NCBI GenBank assembly: GCA_013239625.1
Contig: MU054187.1
Span: forward strand, 5,343,757 to 5,407,756
DNA: 64,000 nt
DNA from: Lama guanicoe
Taxonomy: Eukaryota
Direction: 5' to 3'
Below, one piece after another: positions 52,445 to 64,000 of this stretch; position 1 is the first letter of the stretch; each line of letters starts with the position of its first letter. The position numbers were made by a program, and so were the translations under genes. The notes below the pieces were generated by a model. It was not told where the DNA came from. It ran no database searches and saw nothing but the letters and a program-made list of their open reading frames with translations.

Positions 52445-53149
52445 CTAAATTAAAACAATACATGCAAACAAGCACATAAAACAGCTGTTTTATGAGTAAG
52501 AGGAGAACGGTCGTATACAACAAGGTTTTAAGGGGCCAGGATTTCAGAAAAAGGAGAAATGCTTTAAAGTGAGCCCTATAGTCTTTGCTTCTTTTCCCAT
52601 TTTGGTAGTTTCTAATTCCAAGTGAGAAGCCGAAAAGAGAAGCAGAAAGCTTCGGTGTAGAAATTTTAGCAGAGCTTTCTGCAGTCTCATTAGGCGGACA
52701 AAGAGAAAGGAAAAATGGAGACACAGGCTCCACTAAACAGAAAAATACCCCAGGATTCTGGCTCAACCGTATGAAGGACTACACCTTAGAAATAAAAGCG
52801 GAGGGTCGACAGCAGTTCCCACACAGCGTAAAAACCTTGACTGGATTAAAGAAGCTGGTGTTTATTCTAACTGTTTATCTTCTCTGGGGGAAGATAGTAT
52901 AACCCAGAGCTTCACACCATGTCAGGACCAAATGACTGAAAATAAAGAGAAAGAATGAACGACAGAAGCAGATCAACATGTGATCCAGGTATTAGACATA
53001 GCAGAAATGGATCAGAACATGATGGTTTTAAAGACTATAGTTTTCCAATAAAATTCTGCATCTGTTCATCTGAATTTTACCAGAAAACTAAGCTTCATAA
53101 TAAAAAAAGATCAGATGCACATTTTGGTGCCGAAAAATACACTAACCCA

Positions 53150-53610
53150 CAGTTAATACAGGAGAAAATCAGAGCAAAAAGTTTTAAATTTTTTTCCTAA
53201 AAGAAGACATAAAAGAGGGAAAAAGAGAACCAAAAAGAGATGGAAAACTAGAAACCAAATAGGGTGACGTAAATTTCAACACAGATACTTCAATAACTGT
53301 ATTGAATGTAAATATAATTAATACTCTAGAAGATAAATACTGTCAGTAGTTATAAAAACAAATTTAAATACATGCTATTACTAGAGACACATCTTAAAGA
53401 TAAGAAAATGGAAAAGTTGAAAAGCAAAAAATGGGAAAAGACAGACTAGACTAACACTATAAGCAAACTAATACAGCAATATTAAACATATAAAGTGGAT
53501 GGTTAGGCTGGAATCGTTGCTAGAGATGAAAGAGACATCATTTCATAATAATAAAATACCAATCCACCAAAAACAATTCTAAATTCACAGACAGCTAATA
53601 AAAGTACTGA
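53150..53610 (+). mobile_element. Old LINE-1 ORF2 endonuclease-region fragment
   Basis: tcaataactgtattgaatgtaaat...catgctattactagagacacatcttaaa. Confidence 0.7.
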
Positions 53611-54086
53611 TAAAATTTGCTCAATTTCTATTTTACCAAACAAGGATATTATGGGAAAAAAATAGATTACCATCTTCTATCACCATCCACTTTAGGGAAA
53701 AAAAAAGAGCTTTTGTAACACAAATAGGATAAAAATATTCTGAGAATAAAAAACAGCCCTTAAAAATTCATTTATGAAAAACTCACTACATTGTCTATCT
53801 TGTTCCTATTTTATTACAGGTTAGAAAAACAAACTTTGTTACAAACCCGTTAGTATTTTGCAAATTCTGATCCACTCATACTCTTTTCCATCAAAAACTA
53901 TCAGCTTCTCAGACTAGTCACATCTTGCAATAATAAAAGCAATCTTATTCTAACTAAACAGTAGGCACAGAAGGCAATACTGAGGCTGATTTTTCCAGTT
54001 TTGTGTATAATTTTGATTTCTAAAATGAAACTTAACTTCTCTGCCAAGATATTTGAACTTTTTTGGCTTGTTTGCTTGTTTCACAC

Positions 54087-54214
54087 CTAGAATTCAATGA
54101 AAAGAAATTTGGCTGATTCCCAGCTTTCAGATAGAAGCCCTACCTCATCGCAGTTGAATCTAGCCATGATTTTCCTATAGTCCTTCTCCTTTCCCCTCAA
54201 CCAAAATTCCAGTG
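54087..54214 (-). pseudogene. Exon-like module, 128 nt: (A)LEFWLRGKEKDYRKIMARFNCDEVGLLSESWESAKFLFIEF
   Basis: Acceptor acttttgtaaag, donor TAG|GTGTGA. YRK...SESWE aligns with YRR...SEPWD of 28944-29060. Confidence 0.5.
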
Positions 54215-54274
54215 CTTTACAAAAGTACCAGATGTGTCTCATAATCTTTGCTTCCTTACCATGCATGTACTTAC

Positions 54275-54340
54275 ACATGCACAGAATTGAGAAGTTTCGT
54301 ATTAGGTCTTTTTATGTAAATGGCATCACACTGTAATCAG
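54275..54340 (-). pseudogene. Exon-like segment, 66 nt, phase 1-1: DYSVMPFT*KDLIRNFSILCM
   Basis: Acceptor cctatttcag, donor TGT|GTAAGT; one stop. The following intron is only about 60 nt, which weakens the call. Confidence 0.3.
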
Positions 54341-54496
54341 CTGAAATAGGTCCTCTCTCTGAGTTACTTCAAAGTGGACAGAAAATTAACCTTTGTATAT
54401 TTGCTTGCTTCTTCCTTTAGGAAGTTATCTTACTGAGCAGTTATCTTAGATATTTCTTATATGTCTAAGCTTTTGTTTTCAACCACTAAAACATAC

Positions 54497-54581
54497 CCCA
54501 AACAAAACATGCTCTGTCTGAATCAGAAGCCAGAGTCTTATCTGAAGAAGGATGAACATTCATTCTGGAGATGAAATCTTT
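54497..54581 (-). pseudogene. Exon-like segment, 85 nt, ending ...RACFVW (phase-1 frame contains FFR*DSGF*)
   Basis: Acceptor cactttttag, donor GGG|GTATGT; CF motif near the 3' end as in other modules. Confidence 0.35.
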
Positions 54582-54975
54582 CTAAAAAGTGTAACCTGCC
54601 CATCTAATTGTACTGTTTCAGCGGGCGTACTGTCATCCATCTTAATCATGAAAAAATGTTTTCATTCTTACTCCAGTTACTTGTCATTCAACTGCCTAGC
54701 TTTAATAAACTTGCCTAAAAAATAAAGTGCTTCATTCTGTGATTTGTGATGTGGTTTAAAGTCCCTATAGTCTCGTGAGTGGTGTTTAAACAGTCCAAAT
54801 TAAAATGTAAGCACTTGAGAACTAGATTAAATTATATATCACCAGTTTCTCTTCTTCAAGTTCCAAACTCATGTTGTCTTTGAAACTGAGTATTAAATTG
54901 CTCCTGGTGGTGCTAGCTTTTGTTATCTGTTATAAATTGATACTGGTATCTAGTAAGTTAAAAAATCACGCTTAC

Positions 54976-55044
54976 CAAATTCATCTGCTGAGAAGTGCCA
55001 AAGCCTTGCTCTGAACAGATAGCAAGTTTTCTTCTTTCCTTTTC
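54976..55044 (-). pseudogene. Exon-like module, 69 nt, phase 1-1, open: (G)KGKKKTCYLFRARLWHFSADEF
   Basis: Acceptor ccctttatttag|GA, donor TTG|GTAAGC; no stop in the phase-1 frame. Confidence 0.55.
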
Positions 55045-57120
55045 CTAAATAAAGGGTCTATTTTGGGGTGAGAAAGATGAGTAAATGAGATTTTACCGGC
55101 CACTCCACTATACTCAGGCAAAGCAATAGGATATGTGCATACCTTTATTTTATCAAATTCTTTAAATATCTGTATGAGGCAGGTGTTTTCCCAGGTTTTG
55201 CAGATGAGAAAACTGAACTCAGAGAACAAAGTCATTTCCTTCCGGTTCCTCAAAGACTAGTTTGATCCCATTGTGTTGCACACATGTTGGGGGAGGTTGA
55301 AGGATGAGGTACACATGCATCATGGGATCTTTTGGTGTCCAGTTGTTAAATATCTAGTCTTAGGCCCCATCATTATTATGTTATCCATCCACCTGTGCCC
55401 ACATCTCCCTGAATCCTAATAAGAGTAGTGTTAACCTTGGCAGTGAGCTCAGGATCCAACCAAGATGCAGTGAGTGACAGGGCAGGCCACCACAGTCCTC
55501 TCTTGCTTGCTTGCCCACCCATTGGCTTGTTTGTTCTCTCATGTCTGGATAAGAGCTTCCTGGACACTACAGACACTGAATTAAGCCAAGCCTCTGTGAG
55601 GTAGAAACCCAGACCAAATAACTCCCCCAAATTTTATAATAGAGTTTAGATCACTTTTATGTCAAATAAAGATTCATTTAACAAATATTCTAGCTTCAAA
55701 ATTCTCACATTACTTCTTAATATATTTCTCAGGTGGCAAATGCTAAGCTCTTTTACTGCATTAATTTTTCACTTTTTTAAAGATACTCTTTGTCTTCTGC
55801 ATTGTTATCCTCTTCCCTTCCAATATTTTGTCAATACCCCAACGAATAATATTTTTTGATTGCCTGAAGGGTTTAAAAAAGTGATTACCCCCTCCATTGC
55901 AATCCCATATCCCATGACAGGCCACGGACGTGATGACCCATCATGATGACCATGTGCACAGAGCTCACTCTCTACCCATGAGAAAGTCCGAAGGAAATTT
56001 CACATATGTTGAGGGAGGGGAGTAGGAAATGGCCTTCTTCTGTCATTTTTTTCACATCCTTTTTCTTTTTTTAATCTGTTTCTTTGTCCTTAAGGTGTGT
56101 CCTAGGTAGATGGCTATGGCTGTACTTGGATCAAAGACTCCCACCAGCAGTGCCATCGTGAGTGGCCCTCCACCCTCCGCTCTCCCTCGGCTGTGGTTTT
56201 AGACGTGGTGGCACACATGGTGGTTCTAAGCCAGTGCTGGGCTCCTTTAAGGAGCAATGTTTGTGCACTTTCCTGATTAGGAAAGAGTTAACTTGGGAGT
56301 TTTATCCCAGGGAAATGATAGTAGCAGCAGGTCCGCTTGTTCCGAGTGTGTTGACAGTGAGGGAACAGTCATAAGGATGAAGGAAAATCTTGTCTTTGGC
56401 ACAGAAAGCCTGTTCCAGGAGCCTGGAGCTGAGCAGGGTCCCGAAGAGCCCGCTGGGCCCCAAAGGTTGGCATCCCCCTCTGGGGACGCAGCTCTGGAAT
56501 GGACAGGACAGCCTCCAGACCCCAGGCTGACCACGTCACTCCTAGCGTGGGGGTGATTTCCAGCTCTCTCCCTGTGGTGTCGGTAGAGAGGGCTTGGTGA
56601 TATGGAGGAAGACTGAACGACAGAACTGGGAGTTTCCTGTAGTTCAGCCATTCAGTGACTCAGTTTATGACCTAACCACAAATAAACCTGGGAAGGCTTG
56701 ATAAAAGCCCTCTTTTTACTTAACAACAACCAAAATCAACAAACTGACATTTGGAAGTATTGCTGTTTCAGGGCCTTTCTTTCTCTTCTTTTCTTTACTG
56801 TCTTTCTTTTTCGGGAGAGGATTCATTTTATGTCAGTCTCTTTCCTTGGCCAGGATAGGTTTTGTGAGAAGATATTTCCCCCCAAATTCCAGGTTTCAGG
56901 CTAATGTTGCTGAATATCACAGACATTCCATTTAAAGAAATAGATGAACCCAAGGACTGGGTTTTTACAAACATTTGACAATGATAGAGGATATTTATTT
57001 TTTTAAAACTCCGCTGAACGCATTTTGTATTTCACCTTTCCTTCCTTCCTCCCCACATCCCCCCTCCTTTTTTTTCCTCTTTCTGCCTCCCATTCTCCCC
57101 ACCCTGCCAACCACACATAC

Positions 57121-57216
57121 GTTCTTTCAGGAGCTGGAACATTCAGTTCTACTGAGCTGTTGTTTTTTTCATTATTCATTTGGTTGCTATATTTTTCCAT
57201 GTACAAGGTACTTTCA
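57121..57216 (-). pseudogene. Exon-like module, 96 nt: KVPCTWKNIATK*IMKKTTAQ*N*MFQLLKE
   Basis: Donor AAC|GTATGT. DNA aaaaatatagcaaccaaatgaataatgaaaa resembles aaaaatataggagacccagtggtaatgaaaa in the 29964-30068 exon. Weak acceptor. Confidence 0.35.
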
Positions 57217-57356
57217 CTTTTTTTAAAATTGAGAAAAAACAGTGTTGTCAGTATCAATAAATCTGCATCCAGAGAGAGTCACTTCCTATCAAGGTTTCAA
57301 AAGTGCTTCATGGTTTTCCGATCTCCTGTCTCTGCTAATCAACGCTGAGGCTTCAC

Positions 57357-57473
57357 ATATGCAAGACACAGGATGCCAACTCCTCTACCAGCTCTGTGCT
57401 GCGTTCCATTTTAGGAATGAGAACCTGGATTATTTATTTATAACCATAGAAAGTCCTGTTGTTAAGCTGCTTT
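57357..57473 (-). pseudogene. Exon-like module, 117 nt, phase 1-1: (E)SSLTTGLSMVINK*SRFSFLKWNAAQSW*RSWHPVSCI
   Basis: Acceptor ttctctgcttttcgcag|AA, donor AT|GTGAAG. Same length as the 28944-29060 exon; FSxxxW, QSW and terminal CI motifs; two stops. Confidence 0.5.
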
Positions 57474-60329
57474 CTGCGAAAAGCAGAGAATGTTTTAAGC
57501 CAGAAGGGGAGAGGTAGGGCAGGATGATGGCTGGATTCGGTGGCAAGGAGAGAGAAATTTTATTTCCTACAATAAATGAAATCACTTAATTTGACCCTCC
57601 TCCAGTAACATGATAACCAATTAATCCATTAATGGGCAGGAATTGTGCCAACAGCTTTTAGAAAATGGAAACTAGGAGTCAAATCCACTTACCTAGTCTT
57701 TGGGGCATTTTTTTTTCTTCCACAAGACCAACTGTTTGTGTAGCAATGAAAATTATAAATGAAAGACTGTGAAACCAAACTGCTTAATGTTTGCCATGGT
57801 TCTTTAACCCGTAGAACAACAAATGCTGTAAGTATTAACTGCCTAGCATAATAGCTATGAGAAATAATTAAAAGGTAGTGATGATCTCAATTTCTGTAAA
57901 TTTTATTTCTCCCAGTTTAAACCTTCATAGCTTTTCATTTTTTTATTCATGGTGTGGCTTCGTGTACCATTCATTCACACAGCCGATGACACGCATGGCC
58001 TCTCCTCAAGGCTTTTAAAGCACGTTTTGGCCCAAATCACAGATGTTATTGCTACCTAATAATATGTAATTTACCAAATCCCAGCTTTTAACATACTTTA
58101 AAGTCAAAGAGAAAGCGACAGATATTTAGTAACTAGTGTATACAGATGTGATCATGATAATCTCATGGCTTCATAGTGATTATTGAATTGGAGTTCAACT
58201 TCAGCATCTACCCTGCAAGTGGCTTGGAATGACCAGAAGTGGAAGACAAATTGCACTTGTGTAAAGTAGGAGACCAAATAAAATTGCTCCTTGAGCAGGA
58301 AGCAACTCTGTGTCCCTCCAGCACCCAAATATTTGGCGGAAGCAAGTGAGCCAAACACTCAGGAGACAAGGGATATGATTAAATATGATTAAGCATGATT
58401 TTTTTCAATTCTTACAAATGTAGACCCTGATGAAGACTGGCTTCTGTTGAGTCCCACTGATTTAATTTGGGCATCCTGTAATTTACTGGGCTGGAGGAGA
58501 AACAGCAATTCGGTGAGACCGTCATAAACTCATTAGAAACACACAGAGAACGCTTAATGGCGGATAACCTACAGCTTTTTGCATCCATTTTATAGTGACC
58601 TCCTCTTGGCCTGCCTGCTGCTTACTGCTCCACGCTGTTGATAGTATGGTCGTTTTCAAACGCCCCAGAAAATGAGAGGTATTTTTAAAACAAGATTGAA
58701 GTCACCAAGGAACACAGAAAGCCAACATTTCAGGGGTGTGCAGCACACTGTTAGGATAAAAACCTTCTCCCGTATTGTTAATCATGGTAAGATCGGTTAG
58801 CTGTTAAGTACTGCAGAGTGCATCTAATCAAAAGCTCAAACATCCTACACAAAGCAACAGAAATAATAATTCTCCCTGAGCTTCCACTGTTTCCCACCTC
58901 AGCCTTCCCCGGACTAATAAAAGGTTTAATTGTAAATTGTGTGAAGGAAATGTCAGCCTTACCAAGAAATACAAAGTTCAGCTGCTTTGTTCACCATGAG
59001 GTAAAACATACCATGAATTAGACCTTAATAGGCTTAAGCTAAAAGAAGCCTGAACAAACGTGGACAAGCCCCACCCCCTACTCTTCCCACCATGTGCTTT
59101 TTTTTCTTTGCCCCTAATGGATAGGACCACATCCAAAAAACCCGAGTTCCAACGCCCGCGCCTTTCAGATGAGAGTGTTCAGATAAGGTGTGAGAGCTCG
59201 GGCTGTGAGGTGCACAGGTCTGTGCTTATGGTATCAGCTACGCACAGTGGGTGATTTACTTCAAAGGAGGGACGTTTATTCTGATGCGTCACAGGAAGAA
59301 CGGGGGAAGGGAGGGCGCAGAAGAGAAAGATCGCTTAAAGGCTTCCTGCATTCAAATGTGTGGCTTTTTTTTTTTTTTCACTTTCACTATCTTCAAACAA
59401 ACGAAGATAAATTTTTCAATCCAAAACTTGTTTTTGAAGTTTCAGTTTACTAAGAAGAAAGTACTGCTATGTGAATAGATGGAAAAGGACGCGTCTACGG
59501 AAATCTTCTCTATTGTGGATTTTGCAACATAATTGGACTCAGATTTCAGATGGAAACAGGAGAAAGGAAAAAAATACGTTAAGAAAGTGTGCACGTTAAT
59601 CAGTTAATATTTATTGTTCTCAGTGACCAAAACACCACGGGAATTTTGGAAGATTTGATTCTCTTTGTGTATTCTCTTAACGAGCCACAAATATATAGTA
59701 ATTACTCACTGCCTCCTTGTATTAAGTGTTTTGGTGGCTTCAAATGTAGTAAATGACATATCTGAAAAAATTAACAATCTATTTTTTAAAGAAGTACTCT
59801 TCATAGTACTATAAAATAGCTGGGGAAGGATTCTGTGCTGTGCTGTGCTCTGCAAAGGGTCTGTATTGGGAGTGCCATTTATCCACTCCAGACCACTAAA
59901 ATGAAGGTGCTAACACCTGCCTGGCTGGTTGTGAGAAAAAGAGAAGCTGGATACCGTGCATGAAGGACCTGGCATAATCCCAGGTACACAGAAGTGCTTA
60001 ACAAAGTGTAACTCTGATCATCAAAACACTTGCTAGGATGTTACATGCCCTATAATATGTCCTGTATTTTCCTTCTTCACCAGCCATTCACCACTTGGCC
60101 ACAGAATTATTCTTCCTAAACCACAGTTCTGTTAATGTGACTTTCCTACTCAAAATCATTTGTCTAAGGTCATAGTTTTAAAACAATTTTTTATTAGAAA
60201 AATCCCTAAAAATGTACTTACATATTAGTAGAAAAGCATTATTTTAAGAGTAGAAATGAAAGCAGTTCTTTTGCCCCTTTCCTGTTTGCCCATTTCTGTC
60301 CCCCTCTACCCTTAAGAGAACATAATTAT

Positions 60330-60750
60330 AAGAATGAGATCACTAAGCAATTGAAACTGACTTCTGACTTATGCTCTCCTAAATGTACATGGTCCGTTGT
60401 TTAACCTGCTGATTCTGTTAGCTCTCAGTAGCCCCCTTAGCAATCCTGCAGGCAGATCACAAGGGCAAGGCAACATCTGAAGAGAGTCAGCCAGTCTGCA
60501 GACATTGGAGAATGATGCAAAACCGAGCCCCCTGCCTCAGTGATCCACTGAGATTCATCCCAACCCCCATTTTGTGATTTAAAGACTGTCATGGCCGAGC
60601 AGGATCTTGGGAGTTGGTCTCCAGACATGAGTCCGCCATCTCCCAAGATTGCCAGCTTTTCTGATTAAAGCACCTTTTCTTTCTTCTGACACTTGCCTCT
60701 CGAATTACTGACTTTTGAGTGGTGAGCAGCTGAATCTGAGTTCAGAAACA
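60330..60750 (+). mobile_element. ERV1 solo LTR (MER41-like); 5' boundary uncertain
   Basis: attaaagcacc...cttgcctctcgaattactgacttttgagtggtgagcagctgaatctgagttcagaaaca 3' end. Confidence 0.65.
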
Positions 60751-61379
60751 TAAACTATACATTCAGCTTCGTGATATGAACTTACTATGAGGCAAGTACA
60801 CAAGAACACTGAGACAGTTTTGAAGAATGTTAATAATTTTGATATATTATATATTATAATATTAAATTGACAGCAAGGAATGATAGTGAAGTCTGGTATT
60901 AATCTCAGCCTGGAAATAAGTTGTTTTGGACTTTCGGTTGCACAGAATAAAAAAAATTACTGATTCACAAAGATAAGTAGTCATGAATGTTAATAGGTCT
61001 TTTTACATAGCAGTTTATAATTTTGTGGTTTAAGTAATTTAACTGATCTGGAAACTTGAAAGGAATAGTGGCAAATTTTATTTTTCAACTGCTCATGTTT
61101 CTTCTGCATTTTGGTAGGAGTCAGCAACTCAATCTCTCAGATAATTTAAAATTTTACTTTTAGCTGACAAAGGCTGTTCTGTAGTTTGCGAATATATTAT
61201 CAAAATTTATTTTGACTCAAGTTCCACAGAATCCTTTACCCACTTCTGTTTCATATATATATATTATGTTATTATTATCTTTTGAGATTTTTCATTTGAG
61301 TGGAATATTTTGGTTTCTATCTTTACCCACCCCCCACCAAAAACAAACAAACAAAAAGAACAAGGAAGTCAATTGTGAT

Positions 61380-62350
61380 GAGTGGGGTGCTTCTGGAATC
61401 TGAAATGTCTGAATGTGGACTTGCTTCTTCCTTACCCATTTATAAATGCTTGGTTAGGCACAAAATTCTAAGGACAATTTCCTCAAACTCGTCCAGTTTC
61501 CAGTGTTGCAGATGAAAAATCTGATGGTGGTCAATTATTTTCCCTTGTTGATCCCTTTCTTGCCTCTCAAGAAAAAATTTCCTCAAACTCGTCCAGTGTT
61601 GCAGATGAAAAATCTGATGGTGGTCAATTATTTTCCCTTGTTGATCCCTTTCTTGCCTCTCAAGAAACTTATACTATTTTCTCTTTGTCTTTGGAGCTCA
61701 GCAGCTCTGCTGGTTGATGCTTCAGGATGCCTCTGTCTCTTTACTGTAATTTTAACTGGTACCTGGGGACCCTCTTCTATTCATAGTTGGCCATTGAGAG
61801 TACTTTTAGGTTGATGCCTGTGTTCCCTTGACATGACCCATTTTTTGAGACTTCTTGGGGGATGGGGTGGTGGGTAAATTACCTTAGCTTCTGGCATATC
61901 AAGATACTCCAGGCTCATCTTGTATATTTGTTATCCCAGTTGTAGAATCAGGCATTTCTCCAAAGAGCCCTGGTTCCTTTAATTGAAAAACAGTGTTAGA
62001 AACCAAGATCTGGGCACTAGGTATGCATGGTTGCTTCAAGGCTCTATTAGTAAACAGAACTATGACATGTATGCTGACCATGTGTACACAAATATGTCTC
62101 ATTATTTCTGTAACCATCTGACTGCAGACTGCATCTGTAATAAACTGAACATGAACTCATATTGATGCCATTGATTCTAATGCAGTAAGTGGTTCTTTCT
62201 AGAATTTTCCCCTGACTTTTCTGTAAATGCCTTCTCCAACAGTGAGCAATCTGGCTCCTACCAGCCATCACCCATTTATTTATTTGTTTAGTCCCAATAT
62301 ATTTATGCCACAGTTTCATAATTTTAAACCATACCCCAGAAAGTCATTTT
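61380..62350 (-). mobile_element. Old LINE-1 fragments (L1MC/ME-type)
   Basis: ggcatttctccaaagagccctggttcc...agaaaccaagatctgggcactagg. Confidence 0.75.
61476..61667 (+). repeat. Tandem duplication of about 92-100 bp
   Basis: 61476-61575 and 61576-61667 are identical except for a 7-bp indel. Confidence 0.97.
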
Positions 62351-62856
62351 TTGATTATCATTGCAATTTTTTAAAAACTATTTTAAGACTATTTTTGAAA
62401 GCCATTTTAGGACAATTTTATTGTTAGGATGTTTCAGTATTTAGGCTTACAGAAAATAATCTGCTTTGTTTAATGGGAGAGTATTTCGGTTTTAGAAAAT
62501 CAAGGGTGATTAGCTTTTGTTTTCTTTGATATTACTATCAACACTAACTCAAGTCAACCAGTAACAGTGATAAAATCCTAGAAATCACTACAATTATCAC
62601 AAATAACAGAGTTCTGCCATTTGAAGGCCATGCTTTAACAAGATGAACAGCTTATGTGGCATTCACCAATGCTGTTTTGAAAGATAACAGCTTCTTAATT
62701 ATTACTATTATCTATCAAAAATAGAACAACAGCTTGAAAACATTTAGGAAACACCAGTTTTTTTTCCATTCTACCTATTCCCCATCATATCATCTGTGAT
62801 ATGGACTGGGCAGTAAGTTGAATTGGGGATGATATTAGGGGTGCTAGGTTTTACAG

Positions 62857-63224
62857 TGTTTTAGACTGAATGTTTGTGTCCCCCGAAAATGTGTATGTTG
62901 AAGTCCTAATCCCCATTGTGATGGTACTTGGAGGTGAGGCCTTTGGGAAGCAATCAGGTTTAGACAAGGTTATGAAGCTAAGACCTTCATGATGGGACTA
63001 GCGCCTTAATAAGAGAAGCAGGGAGCTCCCTTTCTCCCTCCATAAGCAGGCGCTAAGGAAAGGCCACGTGTGCACACAACTGAAGATGGCAGTCTGCAAT
63101 CTAGGAGGGGAATCCCCCGGCACAATTTCCCAGGATCCAGAATTGTGACAAATAAATGTCTGTTGTTGAAGCTCCCTCCATCCCCCCAGTCTAGGGTATT
63201 TTGTTACAGCAGCCTGAGCTGAGC
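62857..63224 (+). mobile_element. MaLR LTR (MLT1A-like)
   Basis: gactgaatgtttgtgtccccc...gtatgttgaagtcctaatcccc...gtattttgttacagcagcctgagctga. Confidence 0.9.
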
Positions 63225-64000
63225 CCTTTGGCAATTCATAAGTTCTAACTAGTTTGGTCATTTATAAATTTTGGATGTTAACAGCTGTTTCATATTATTC
63301 AGTTGCCACTACATATGTGAAATATATTTTCTTGATACTAAAATATCATTATATGTCATTTTTCTTTGGAATCAGGATATCTAAATAATGAAAATGTCAC
63401 TTGCCTGCAGTAGGCTAGATCTGAGGAATTCCAAGTACAGTCTCACATTATGGTTTCTTCTCCAGTTGTGTGTGTATCAAGCATCCCACCAAATAATCAG
63501 CCCAAGTGAAAATATCACATAAAGCAAGAACAATGGATGCTTTTGTCTTGGCTGAATTAGCAGATTGTATTTTCCAGGAGCTGACTCATATGACATTTTT
63601 GCAATGTAAGCAGCTGAGAGTTTAATAAGCTCCTTCCTGATAGTGTAGCTTTTCCAACACATGTGACGTACTCAGGTACTTGAATATCAACAAATTTAAA
63701 CCTAAATCATGTTTTTAAAACGACATTAAGTGATTCAGTCTTTGCAGACAGAAGTTGAAGGCTTTATTTTCACACACACTCTGTTGCATTACAGAATGAC
63801 AGCATCGCTTAGCAAGAGTCATAGACGCTCTTTTGGAAAATTCACTGCGTAAAACATGGTGACATTGAGGATATTTTATTACAACTAAAGGTAAACCTCA
63901 AGAACAAATAAGTAGATCCCATATTTTTGCCTGTGAGTGATTTTTGTGTAAAAGTAAGTTGATGTTATTTTGTACTGTTACCATGGCCAACACTAGCTGA

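Larger units (their letters stand above)
1..58844 (-). pseudogene. Candidate multi-exon decayed gene encoding tandem Trp-containing modules, about one module per phase-1 exon; probably extends beyond the window
   Basis: More than 25 minus-strand acceptor/donor-bounded segments lie in non-repeat DNA. Peptide motifs recur with synonymous codon differences, and in-frame stops and 1-nt frameshifts are frequent. An acceptor at 38-60 opens an exon that runs off the left edge. Confidence 0.6.

Noticed and set aside
1..64000. CRISPR arrays, operons, rRNA genes, CpG-island promoter
   Set aside because: None seen; the sequence is CpG-depleted mammalian DNA.

Overview
AT-rich mammalian genomic DNA. The tRNA-derived SINEs and young L1 3' ends resemble camelid elements, so a camelid source is an inference. 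There is no intact protein-coding ORF, RNA gene, CpG island or prokaryotic feature; the supplied ORFs are short chance ORFs or LINE-1 ORF2 fragments. Much of the window is interspersed repeat (L1, L2, MIR, MaLR/ERV LTRs, SINEs, microsatellites). The main observation lies between the repeats on the minus strand: more than 25 exon-like segments (18-175 nt, one possibly longer) with polypyrimidine-AG acceptors and GT donors run across almost the whole window. Many are phase 1-1 and encode variants of one Trp-containing module of about 25-45 aa (Y-[RP]-[RK]-x-[SA]-x-W ... [QE]-[PS]-W ... C-[FI]). Some motifs are identical between exons at the protein level but use different codons (YRRPSG; [EA]SWAP; AFI[LV]S), while many exons carry stops or 1-nt frameshifts. 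I interpret this as a decayed (unitary pseudogene) or unannotated repeat-protein gene built by exon duplication; I cannot name it. All exon calls were made by eye and need comparative confirmation.
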